In this document: one piece after another, positions 1 through 8,260 of the stretch
How positions within the stretch are numbered: position 1 is the stretch's first letter
Layout: each line of letters starts with the position of its first letter
Made by a program: the position numbers and the translations under genes
Source of the DNA: Planctomycetota bacterium
Lineage (GTDB): Bacteria; Planctomycetota; SZUA-567; H5-PLA8
DNA: 15,330 nucleotides
NCBI GenBank assembly: GCA_045863855.1
Contig: BTVV01000140.1
Span: 1-15,330 of the forward strand
Direction of reading: 5' to 3'
Notes under the pieces: generated by a model
What the model saw: the letters and a program-made list of their open reading frames with translations, nothing else
The model's database searches: none
What the model was told of the DNA's origin: nothing

Positions 1-969
1 GTGAAAGCCCTGTATGGTGACAAAGTCGCAGGTGGCCAGTGCAAAGCATGCTTCTCGCACGGAACACGAAATCGCGCTTTCGTTCGGATCGCGATCGTCC
101 AGGGGCAGTAGATAGATGGGGAAGCGTCCGCCGGGCCCCGGCTTTTCAACAATTACGTATTCGCCCGGGTGGTCCAAGACCAGCGGATGGAGGCAATTCA
201 CCAACGCGTAGCGCCCTTCCTGGTGAGAATAAGGCGGCTTGGCCAGCGCCTGGAAGGTTATTTTGTGTGCGGCCGGATCGTAAGCCGTAATCTGCCGCGT
301 ATCGATATCGTTGGCCGTGCGGTACACGTGCACGTAACTGCCAATCAGTTGCTCGGCGTTCAGGGCGGCCAACTGCGCGTCTACCAGGGAGGTTGAATCC
401 CCATCCTTGGCGGGAAAGCGGCGGTATTCTTCGTGGCGGTCGATCATCAGAAAATTCGAAGGCGTAGGATGCTGGGCCAGGCACAGCATCCGGTCTCCAG
501 CGAACAGGTTGCTCGTCAGAGCCGCGGCTCCGGTGGGTACATCGGCACGAAAGAGCTTTTGCCACAGCGGATGCCCCCCCGCATCTTCCGCCGAAGTGCA
601 ACGCCGCCAGCCGGTGATGGGGTCCGAGCCGTCCAGAATCGCACGGCCGTCGCCAAAGGCGCCCAGCGTATTGCCGTCGTATGTTATGCGCTGCGTGGCG
701 GTGCCTGCACAGGATACGGATAAGCTTCCGCGGTAATGCACTCCGCCCTTGAATACCACGGTATCGCCTGGTTTCAGGACAACGGCCTTGGCTTGAGCCA
801 TGGCCATCGGGTCCCCGGGTGCGCGTTGGAATGGCTTGTCGGCCGAGGTGCCTGCCGCTTCGTCGGATCCACCATCGAAGTCTACGTAGTAGGTAGCCGC
901 CACGGCCGACTTTGGCATTAGTAATACGAGTCCCAAGCAGACGAGGATGGCCCAACTGCTGCCAAGCAT
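1..969 (-). CDS. Secreted right-handed parallel beta-helix (pectate-lyase-like fold) protein, partial; runs off the left edge
   Basis: Manually translated, not in the ORF track. ATG at 969 follows a GGAGG RBS and the frame is open to base 1 (323 codons). Signal peptide MLGSSWAILVCLGLVLLMPKSAVA, then ATYYVDFDGGSDEAAGTSADKPF...LKPGDTVVFKGGVHYRG...AILDGSDPITGW...LDHPGEY...FVTIQGF, motifs typical of beta-helix polysaccharide-active proteins. Confidence 0.8.
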   Translation of the reverse strand, partial: MLGSSWAILVCLGLVLLMPKSAVAATYYVDFDGGSDEAAGTSADKPFQRAPGDPMAMAQAKAVVLKPGDTVVFKGGVHYRGSLSVSCAGTATQRITYDGNTLGAFGDGRAILDGSDPITGWRRCTSAEDAGGHPLWQKLFRADVPTGAAALTSNLFAGDRMLCLAQHPTPSNFLMIDRHEEYRRFPAKDGDSTSLVDAQLAALNAEQLIGSYVHVYRTANDIDTRQITAYDPAAHKITFQALAKPPYSHQEGRYALVNCLHPLVLDHPGEYVIVEKPGPGGRFPIYLLPLDDRDPNESAISCSVREACFALATCDFVTIQGFH

Positions 970-1040
970 AAGGATAAACCTCCCCTTCCACCCAACAGAG
1001 CGCTACTTTGGCGCATACACCGCGCCTACCGGCTATGCTT

Positions 1041-1054
1041 TTATTAGCTAATAA
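1041..1054. promoter_or_regulatory. Perfect 14-bp palindrome TTATTAGCTAATAA in a divergent intergenic region; candidate TF site
   Basis: Self-complementary AT-rich 14-mer between the divergent starts at 969 (-) and 1208 (+). Confidence 0.35.
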
Positions 1055-1207
1055 TGAGGGCGTTTTTTATCTGTTTGTCTCTTCTTTGAGAGTCCAAGTT
1101 CGAGCTTCGCTTGCATTGGAACCGCAGCGGTACGGCAGGCTTTCTTCAAGGCCGTGCGCCGGAGGTGGTCGAGAAGTAGAATACGCCCGTTTATGGGGCG
1201 CCTGGGC

Positions 1208-1459
1208 ATGGCTGACGTATCCGAACGCTACGAGGCGAATGCGCCGGGCGCGTACTTCACCGATAAGCAGTGCATCGATTGCGACCTGTGCCGGCAGACG
1301 GCTCCGGCGTGCTTCACGCGGCACGAGGACGGCGGGTATTCGTACGTCTACCGCCAGCCGCAGACGCCGGAAGAAGTCGAAGCGTGCAAGCAGGCGCTGG
1401 CGTTCTGCCCGGTGGATGCGATCGGCGATGGCGGGGCCGCGGCGCCGGATGGACGTTGA
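1208..1459 (+). CDS. Single-cluster [4Fe-4S] ferredoxin, 83 aa
   Basis: MADVSERYEANAPGAYFTDKQCIDCDLCRQTAP...ALAFCPVDAIG: CxxCxxC plus distal CP. Start moved from 1154 to ATG 1208, where the family-like sequence begins. Confidence 0.9.
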   Translation: MADVSERYEANAPGAYFTDKQCIDCDLCRQTAPACFTRHEDGGYSYVYRQPQTPEEVEACKQALAFCPVDAIGDGGAAAPDGR

Positions 1460-2060
1460 GGGCTCGGCCGCGGACCTCGCGGCGCGGCGCGCGCGGCTCG
1501 CGCGCGGGCTGGCGTTCGTTCTGGCGATCACGGTCGCGGATACCCTTTACCTGAGCTGGCGCTTCACGGCGCTCTTCGCGGGCTGGGTGACGCCGGGGAC
1601 GGGGTTGTGTTCGTGGACGCCGGGGATCGATTGCGACGCGGTGCTGCGCTCGCCGGAAGCGCGCGCGTTCGTCGTGCCGAACGCGATCTTGGGGTGGGCG
1701 TTCTATTCGGGCTGCGCGATCTGGTGGCGCGCGGGCATGCGGTTGGGCCCGGCGTACGAACCTCACGTGCTGCGCACGCTGACGGTCTGGCTGGGGATCG
1801 CGTCGGCATTCACTTTTTATTTCTGGAAGCTGCTGCTGGGGCTGGCGTGGCTCTGCCCGTTCTGCCCGTGGAACCACGTCTGGACGTACGCGGCGTGCTT
1901 CCTGTCGTGGCGCCTCTGGCGGCTGACGCCGCGGCCGGCGGCGGCTGCGCCGATTGGGCCGCTGCTGAAGCTGGTCGCGCTTTGCGTAGGCTGGTTCTGG
2001 CTCTGGGTCGGTGCGTGGTTTTGGTTCGAGGCGGCCCGGCAGTCCGGCGACGGATTATAA
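1449..2060 (+). CDS. Vitamin K epoxide reductase (VKOR) family membrane protein, about 203 aa
   Basis: Loop Cys pair GLC...IDC, VLRSPEA (conserved Ser), PNAILG, active-site CPFC, about 5 hydrophobic helices. Start inferred at ATG 1449 (11-nt overlap with the ferredoxin); exact start uncertain. Confidence 0.85.
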   Translation: MDVEGSAADLAARRARLARGLAFVLAITVADTLYLSWRFTALFAGWVTPGTGLCSWTPGIDCDAVLRSPEARAFVVPNAILGWAFYSGCAIWWRAGMRLGPAYEPHVLRTLTVWLGIASAFTFYFWKLLLGLAWLCPFCPWNHVWTYAACFLSWRLWRLTPRPAAAAPIGPLLKLVALCVGWFWLWVGAWFWFEAARQSGDGL

Positions 2061-2201
2061 TTAGTTATATAGTAGGGTTTGTTCGCGCTCATCTAACATG
2101 CCTGGTCGGGTCGTATGATTAAATTGTAAGTATATATTTATACTTGATTTAAAATAAACATGGGGATCTGATCGAATTTCCGGCGTTGCCGGCGGGGCCA
2201 C

Positions 2202-2228
2202 GGTGTAGGATACACCAGTAGTACAAAT
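2202..2228. promoter_or_regulatory. Candidate autoregulatory operator(s) for the downstream GntR/AraR-like regulator
   Basis: Inverted repeat GGTGTA-GGA-TACACC (2202-2216), then GTACAAAT (2221-2228), just upstream of ATG 2243. GT...AC symmetry is typical of GntR-family operators. Confidence 0.45.
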
Positions 2229-2242
2229 AGGAATACATCGAG

Positions 2243-3340
2243 ATGACAGAAATCGAGGCTTCGTCGGGTCGCGTCAGCGCGGGGCTCTTCAGCACGCTGC
2301 GGCGCAAGCTGGTGACGGGCCAGTTCGCTCCGGGGCAATACCTTCCGCCGCTGCGGGAACTGTGCGAACGTCACGGTGTGGCTCGTAAGACGGGGCATCA
2401 GGTGCTCAAGAAGCTGGAAGCCGAGGGCTATCTGACGGCCGAGGCGCGCAAGGGCTACCGCGTGCTTGCGCGCGCTTCGGATCCTGACTTGGGCTGCCCG
2501 CTGGTCTACGTGGCGGATCTGCGCGAGTCTCCGGAGCAATGGAGTCCGTTGCACCAGGAGTTGCTTTCGTCGCTGCAGGGCGCGGCCTCTCGTCGGAACT
2601 GGACGCTGCTGGGTGTGGGATCGCAGGGCCGCAACCGGCAGACGGTGCTGCGGCAGCTTACGGCGTCTCGGGCGAGCGGGCTGATCGTCGATGCGGTGGA
2701 CGGCGAGATCATGCGCGGGATCGAAGAGACGGGCTTGCCGGCCGTCGCGGTGGACGCGTGGGACGCGGGCGCGGCGATCGATCTGGTGGTTCAGGACAGC
2801 TATCAGGGCGGGGTGTATGCGGCGGAGCATCTGATCCGGCGCGGGCGCAAGCGGATCGCGTGGCTGGGGCCGGTGAGCTGGAGTTCGCACAGCCTTGCGC
2901 GCGTGGCGGGGACGGCGGCGGGATTGATGAAGCACGGGCGCTGGCTGGCGCCGGAGTGGGTCGCCGAGTGCCCGCGCGATGCGAGCGCCGAAGCGGCGCG
3001 GCGGCTCCTGACGCGCCCCGATCGTCCCGACGGGATCGTGGCGCTGTACCGCGAGGTGGCGATGCAGGCGGTGGCGGTGGCGCGCGAGTTGGGCATCCGC
3101 GTGGGCAGCGAATTGGAGATCGTGGGTTGGGCGACGGAGCAGGAGTACAAGCGCGACTGGCTGCCGCTATTTCGGGGCGAGGCCGCGCAGCCGGCGGTGG
3201 TCTGGAATCCGGCGCAGATGGCGGAACTGGCGGTGGATCGTCTGGAGGCTCGAAGGCGGCACCCGCACCTGAAGCCGGTGCGGATCGGGGTGCCTGTGGA
3301 ACTGCGTGAAACTTCGTCGGAAGGGGGAGTTCGAGCATGA
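2243..3340 (+). CDS. GntR-family regulator with a LacI-type ligand-binding domain (AraR-like), 365 aa
   Basis: N-terminal winged HTH (GQFAPGQYLPPLRELCERHGVARKT...LEAEGYL...RKGYRV); C-terminal LacI-like motifs (DSYQGGVYAAEHLIRRGRKRIAWLG, RPDGIVA, LGIRVGSELEIVG). Confidence 0.9.
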   Translation: MTEIEASSGRVSAGLFSTLRRKLVTGQFAPGQYLPPLRELCERHGVARKTGHQVLKKLEAEGYLTAEARKGYRVLARASDPDLGCPLVYVADLRESPEQWSPLHQELLSSLQGAASRRNWTLLGVGSQGRNRQTVLRQLTASRASGLIVDAVDGEIMRGIEETGLPAVAVDAWDAGAAIDLVVQDSYQGGVYAAEHLIRRGRKRIAWLGPVSWSSHSLARVAGTAAGLMKHGRWLAPEWVAECPRDASAEAARRLLTRPDRPDGIVALYREVAMQAVAVARELGIRVGSELEIVGWATEQEYKRDWLPLFRGEAAQPAVVWNPAQMAELAVDRLEARRRHPHLKPVRIGVPVELRETSSEGGVRA

Positions 3341-4755
3341 ACGGTCGCATGGGAGCGGTGGTGCTGGCGGCGGCGGTGTGGTGCGTGTCCGTTGCGGGCG
3401 GGGAGTCGCCGGCGTTCACGGACGATCCGGCGGTGCTGGAGAAGCTGAACGCGTTGGGCGAACGCAGCGCGGTGCTGCTGGGGAAGATCAAGGTCGAGCC
3501 CGCGGGCGTGGAGAAGTATCACGGGGCGCTCAAGAACGGCCCGGGGCGGCGCGACTACGGGAACAAGCTGGTGTACGCGGCGGATCGCGGTACGGCGCTG
3601 TACTGCGGCGCGAACCACGCGTCTCCGCACCGCTTGAACGATGTCTGGGAATTTCACCTTGCGTCGAACACGTGGCGGATGATCTGCGCCCCCGGCGGCG
3701 ACGCGACGCGGGTGCGCGCGATGCAGAACGAGGCAAAGAAGGCGAAAGACGCGATCGAGAAGGGGGTGGAAGTCGAGAAGAACAAGGCCGAACTTGAGAA
3801 GCAGGAGGCGGCCATCAAGGCGTGGCACGCGCACATCGCAGTCAAGGACGGCTACTTGCAAGACACGACGAACGGCGGCCCGGTCGGCCCCTGGCATACC
3901 TGGGACGGCGTGACGTACGACGAGAAATCGAAACGGCTGTATTGGGCGGTGCTGGACAGCGACAACTTCAAGGAGGAGAAGCACCGGGTGCACCGCAGTC
4001 TGACGCGCGCGTATGCCCAAATCACGGGGCAGGACCCTGAGGCGCTGGTCGCGCAACTGAAGCCGGGAAGCAGCATGTACTACTACGACCTCGAAAAAGG
4101 CCGCTGGTTCAAGCAGCTTGGCGCGGAGCCGTTCCCGATCATGCGCGGGATGGGTGGGACGCTGAATTACATCCCGGACCTCGACAAGACCGTCTGGTAC
4201 GCCTGCGTGGGGAATACGCCGGGCGGGTACGACGAAGGGATGTGGGCGTACGACGCGAAGACGAACGCGTGGGAGAACGTGGTCTCCGGCGGTACGACGA
4301 GCGGATTGATGCGGCAGAAGAAGGCGCCCGGGGAAGAGATTCAAGCCGCGTACAGCGTGAAGCACAAGAAGCTGGTCGTGGTGAACAAGGAGATGACTTT
4401 CACCTTCGACTTTTCGACCAAGGCCTGGACGCGCGCGGCGGACAACCCGGGGCACGGGTACGATAGCCACAGCGTCTTTGCGTACGACTCGAACGCGGAC
4501 GTCTGCCTGCTGCTCAGCAAGAAGGGCGGGCAGTGGTCGAAAGAGCCGTGGACGCTGGCGGCGTACGACATCGGCAAGGATGCGTGGGAGGTGGTGGAGG
4601 TGAAAGGCCAAGCGCTGCACCAGGACGATCCGGCGAAGGCGTGGGTGAACGAGCAGCGCGCGGGCTACTACGATCCGAAGCAGAACGTCTTTGCGGTTTA
4701 CTATGGCCGCTCGGGGCAGACGTTCGTTTATCGGCATCGGGCCGCCCAGAAGTGA
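3337..4755 (+). CDS. Secreted Kelch-like/beta-propeller protein, 472 aa
   Basis: Signal peptide; repeated blade-like motifs (NDVWEFHLASNTW, YYYDLEKGRW, WAYDAKTNAW, FTFDFSTKAW, AYDIGKDAW); ATGA overlap with the regulator; RBS GGGGGAG. Confidence 0.75.
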   Translation: MNGRMGAVVLAAAVWCVSVAGGESPAFTDDPAVLEKLNALGERSAVLLGKIKVEPAGVEKYHGALKNGPGRRDYGNKLVYAADRGTALYCGANHASPHRLNDVWEFHLASNTWRMICAPGGDATRVRAMQNEAKKAKDAIEKGVEVEKNKAELEKQEAAIKAWHAHIAVKDGYLQDTTNGGPVGPWHTWDGVTYDEKSKRLYWAVLDSDNFKEEKHRVHRSLTRAYAQITGQDPEALVAQLKPGSSMYYYDLEKGRWFKQLGAEPFPIMRGMGGTLNYIPDLDKTVWYACVGNTPGGYDEGMWAYDAKTNAWENVVSGGTTSGLMRQKKAPGEEIQAAYSVKHKKLVVVNKEMTFTFDFSTKAWTRAADNPGHGYDSHSVFAYDSNADVCLLLSKKGGQWSKEPWTLAAYDIGKDAWEVVEVKGQALHQDDPAKAWVNEQRAGYYDPKQNVFAVYYGRSGQTFVYRHRAAQK

Positions 4756-4765
4756 CGCGCGGCCG

Positions 4766-5524
4766 TTATGCCGATTCGAACAGGGCCAGGAGCACCGAGA
4801 CGTAGAATCCCAGAGCCAGGATGAAGCCGATGAAACCCCGTAGCGAGTATTGAATGGGCCGTCCGACGGATGGCGCGAGCTTGCCCATGGCCGACCAACG
4901 CAGTGCGAGGTAGTCCACAAAGCCGTCGGCAGCTCCGACCGCGCCGTAGACGGCCAAGTAAACCGGCAACGGACGAGTTTCTTCCCAAGCCACGCGCGCG
5001 GTCATTCCGGCGAACGTAAGCAACAGGGCCATGATTCCGAAGGTTCCGGAGTGGTACAGAGAAATCTTGAAATACTGACCGATCCAACCCACGACCAAGG
5101 CCGGACCAAGGCAGGCGAGGCCCATCGGGAGATGCAGGATCAGCATCAGGGCCGCCATCGCGACGGTGTTCAGGGCGTTTGCGATCAAGCAAATTACGGC
5201 TAAGACACCACGAGTTCCCGAGAACATCGATTCCGGCTTGCCGGCGTAGCACTCGTATCGGTAGCAACCCGCGATCCATCCCACGAGCATGGCGAGCGGC
5301 AAGGCTAAGAAGGTTTCACGGATGAACTGCGCTTGAGCCGCCTGCACATCGGCCGCAGTGGCGCCAACGGGCCACCACCGAAATAGCGCCCATGCCGCGC
5401 CTGAAGTACCCGTGGCGAGCAGGCCGGCCAGCATGAAGCCCGTCCGTCCGCATGCGTCACGGTTTATGAGCTTCGAGGAAGAGAAAAGCAACGCGGCGCA
5501 CCGTGCCGCGATTTTGGATTCCAT
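4766..5524 (-). CDS. Hypothetical multi-pass membrane protein, 252 aa
   Basis: Several hydrophobic segments; fills the gap between flanking genes; no recognisable family. Confidence 0.65.
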   Translation of the reverse strand: MESKIAARCAALLFSSSKLINRDACGRTGFMLAGLLATGTSGAAWALFRWWPVGATAADVQAAQAQFIRETFLALPLAMLVGWIAGCYRYECYAGKPESMFSGTRGVLAVICLIANALNTVAMAALMLILHLPMGLACLGPALVVGWIGQYFKISLYHSGTFGIMALLLTFAGMTARVAWEETRPLPVYLAVYGAVGAADGFVDYLALRWSAMGKLAPSVGRPIQYSLRGFIGFILALGFYVSVLLALFESA

Positions 5525-5621
5525 ATTCGCCTGCCTTCGCGCCCCCGGTCATGGGGATAGGCGCGCAGCATAGGCGATCGATTCAGATTTTGAAATGGGA
5601 CGGAGAGAGGTGCTATGGACC

Positions 5622-6833
5622 CTACTTCCCGCCCGCTTCGATGGCCGCCTGCACCGTTCGCGCGACGACTTCATGCCCGGGCTGGCCGAGGTGGACCTTG
5701 TCGTCGACGAAGAGCTTAGCCTTGTCTTCTTTACCCGCTTCCTGCATGGCTTTATTCACGTCGGCGAGTCCGGCGTTCTTATCCTGAGCGGCTTTTCGCG
5801 CGGCTTCGGCGAGTTCGGCGAAGGTGTCCCAGTGTTCGACGGCGGGGCTGGTGGTCATCAGGAGCACGTCGGCCTTGCCTTTGGTCAGGCGGCGGATGCG
5901 GTCGACTCCGAATTTGTGCGTTTCCTCGAACATCGCGCCGCGCATCCCGGAGTTCCAGTCGTTGTAGCCGAAGCAGACGGTGACGAGATCGGGCTCGGGC
6001 GTCTGCTGCAGCCAGCGCGGCATGAGGATCAGATTCTGGCGCAGTTCGGTACCGCCGATGGCGGGATTGACAATGGTGACGGCCGACTTGTACTTCTCTT
6101 CCAGCGCCTTCTTGAGCATGGTGGGCCAATTGCCGGGTTTGTTGGCCCAGTGGGCGTAATCGGTGAGCGAATCGCCCATGGTGACGATGGTGACGGGCTG
6201 TCCGGCCTTGAGCTTGGCGAGGACGCGTTCGAGCGGCGCGCCGGCGGGCTTGTAATCGGCGGTCTCGGCCGGAATCGACGGCTCGAGGCGCATCTCGTCG
6301 ATGGTGTAGCTGTGGGCTTCGTACGATTTCCAGTACCACCACTTCCCGATCCAGAGCGCGCCGAGCTTGGACGGCGCGTTGCCGTTCGCGGCGTCGAGGA
6401 ACTTGCAGGACTCCTTCGGAAGCGCGGGGATCACGTCGGACCAGCGCACGACCACCTTTTGCCAATCGGTTCCTGAAATGGGGAAGCAGTAGTCGTAGCG
6501 CGCGGCGTAGTCTTCGTTCCAGATGAACTGAAGCCCGCCGCAGTTCGCGGAACCGTCGCCTTTGACCCAGAAGGAAAAACCGCCGGCTTTATCCCATTCG
6601 GGCGAGGCGTTGCTGTTGCCCATGAAGAGCGCGTTGCGCGCGTCTTTTTCGAAGCTGAACTTTACCGCCTTGCCGACCTTGCCTTCGACGAGTTCGGCGG
6701 CGGCCTTTTCCTTGGGCGGGCGGAACTTCACTTCGTCCATGTTCTGAATGACCGGGCCTTCTTCGGCGAGTGCGGCCGGAAGGACCAGCGCGGTCCACAC
6801 GAATGCGTTCAGGTATAGCTTGGTAACCTGCAT
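5622..6833 (-). CDS. Secreted SGNH/GDSL hydrolase with an N-terminal CBM11-like beta-sandwich domain, 403 aa
   Basis: Signal peptide; GFSFWVKGDGS (CBM11-like); SGNH blocks GDSLT, AIGG, FGYND and DKVH (DxxH); RBS AAGGAG. Confidence 0.88.
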   Translation of the reverse strand: MQVTKLYLNAFVWTALVLPAALAEEGPVIQNMDEVKFRPPKEKAAAELVEGKVGKAVKFSFEKDARNALFMGNSNASPEWDKAGGFSFWVKGDGSANCGGLQFIWNEDYAARYDYCFPISGTDWQKVVVRWSDVIPALPKESCKFLDAANGNAPSKLGALWIGKWWYWKSYEAHSYTIDEMRLEPSIPAETADYKPAGAPLERVLAKLKAGQPVTIVTMGDSLTDYAHWANKPGNWPTMLKKALEEKYKSAVTIVNPAIGGTELRQNLILMPRWLQQTPEPDLVTVCFGYNDWNSGMRGAMFEETHKFGVDRIRRLTKGKADVLLMTTSPAVEHWDTFAELAEAARKAAQDKNAGLADVNKAMQEAGKEDKAKLFVDDKVHLGQPGHEVVARTVQAAIEAGGK

Positions 6834-6887
6834 GGGCGGTGCTCCTTGCCTTCGAATCCCAGCGTGAAGTACACCGGAACGCGAACG

Positions 6888-7640
6888 TTATTCGGGCTTT
6901 AACAGCACGATCTTCTGCCAGATCTTGCGCGAGAGGCCGGTGGTAAGCATTTCCAGATCGTTGACAACTTCGGCGCTGACGGGATCGTCGAAGTTCTGGA
7001 CGTAGAGAAAGCCAATCTTGCCGGTGAGCGCGAGGAGTTCGGAGCAATAATCGAGGTAGCGCCCCAGTTCGAAGTCGCTCATGAGGCGTTTGGGACTGTG
7101 GAGGGTGGCGGCCTCGGGTTTATGGAGGCTTTGGGGATCTTTACGCAGCGTGTGCGCGTCGATGACATGCGCCAGCGCGGTGAGGCGGTTGACGGCGGCG
7201 AGCACGACTTGGCGTTTGACGCGAGTCTCCATCGAGACGAGGAAGACGAGCGCCGCTCCGATCAGGACCAGTTCGTTAAGTCCGGCTTCGGTCATCTGAA
7301 CGATATCGGCGATGGAGAGGCGGCTGAAATCGATTTCGAGGCCTGAGACGGCGAAGCCGAACACGACGAGGGTAAGCAGAACCACCACGCCGCAGGCGAT
7401 GCGGTAGCGGTAAATGGGGCGTTCGATTCGGGCGATGACGCTCTCGGTTTCCCTGCCTACGGCGAGGAGCTCGCGGGCAACGCGTGAGAGCCCCGATTCC
7501 GGAAACCGTTCGTCGATGCGATGACAGAGTTCTTCAAGGGTCGCATTGACTTTCTTGCCGTCGAGCAGGCGCTGGGACGGGAGCGGCGCTTGCGGCGGGA
7601 CGGAGGCCGGCGCGGGAGCGGGGGTGGGGGGCGTGGTCAT
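6888..7640 (-). CDS. Hypothetical membrane protein (2 predicted TM helices), 250 aa
   Basis: Pro/Ala-rich N-terminus, two hydrophobic helices, helical C-terminal domain (LGRYLDYCSELLAL...LSRKIWQKI); co-oriented with def. Confidence 0.75.
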   Translation of the reverse strand: MTTPPTPAPAPASVPPQAPLPSQRLLDGKKVNATLEELCHRIDERFPESGLSRVARELLAVGRETESVIARIERPIYRYRIACGVVVLLTLVVFGFAVSGLEIDFSRLSIADIVQMTEAGLNELVLIGAALVFLVSMETRVKRQVVLAAVNRLTALAHVIDAHTLRKDPQSLHKPEAATLHSPKRLMSDFELGRYLDYCSELLALTGKIGFLYVQNFDDPVSAEVVNDLEMLTTGLSRKIWQKIVLLKPE

Positions 7641-7660
7641 GGAGTCGCGCCGGCCCGCCT

Positions 7661-8227
7661 CTACTTGCCTTTGGTCTTGCGCCGCTTCAGCAGCGCGTAA
7701 TCGTCCTCGAGCGCGGCGAGTTTGCGGCGCAGCATGAACTTCGCGGCCATGCCGATTTTGGTGATAAACAGAATGCCGTCGAGGTGGTCGTTCTCGTGCT
7801 GGATGACGCGGGCGAGCAGGTCTTCGGCGTCCAGTTCGAACGGTTCGCCACGGATGTCGCGGGCTTTAAGCTTGAGGCTTTGGGCGCGTTTGACCGAAGC
7901 GCGTACGTCGGGGATCGAGAGGCAGCCCTCTTCGGCGTCCTCGGTGCCGTCCATATCGAGCAGTTCGGGGTTAAAAACCGCAATCGGGGCGTCGCGGTTT
8001 TCGCTGATGTCCATCAGGAAGAGGCGCAGGCCCACGCCGACCTGCGGCGCGGCAAGGCCGATCCCTTCGGCGTCGTACATCGTCGCCTTCATGCGCTCCA
8101 CGAGTTCGGCGAGGTTCCAGTCGTCGGCCTTTCCGCCGGCGAACTCGGCCTCCGTCAGATCGCGGGCCTTCTGATTAAGGAAGGGATCGGGGTACAGGAC
8201 GATCGGAAGCGGTTCGGCGAGAGGCAT
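7661..8227 (-). CDS. def: Peptide deformylase
   Basis: All three signature motifs present: GIGLAAPQVG, EGCLS, QHENDHLDG. Confidence 0.97.
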   Translation of the reverse strand: MPLAEPLPIVLYPDPFLNQKARDLTEAEFAGGKADDWNLAELVERMKATMYDAEGIGLAAPQVGVGLRLFLMDISENRDAPIAVFNPELLDMDGTEDAEEGCLSIPDVRASVKRAQSLKLKARDIRGEPFELDAEDLLARVIQHENDHLDGILFITKIGMAAKFMLRRKLAALEDDYALLKRRKTKGK

Positions 8228-8260
8228 CGTGACGCGGTCGTCCCTTCGAGCGGCGAGCGT

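Noticed and set aside
146..991. 281-aa minus-strand ORF and small plus-strand ORFs in 39-921
   Set aside because: Alternative-frame shadows of the beta-helix gene (1-969), which has the RBS, signal peptide and motifs.
1008..1448. N-terminal extension making a 350-aa VKOR
   Set aside because: Arg-rich off-frame read of the ferredoxin gene; VKOR-like sequence starts near 1449.
2137..2150. IHF site in the AT-rich spacer
   Set aside because: Minus strand has AATCAA but lacks the downstream TTR of the WATCAANNNNTTR consensus.
2803..4920. 705-aa minus-strand ORF
   Set aside because: Antisense shadow of two well-supported plus-strand genes; common in high-GC DNA.
5595..6476. 293-aa plus-strand ORF
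   Set aside because: Antisense to the SGNH hydrolase; no motifs.
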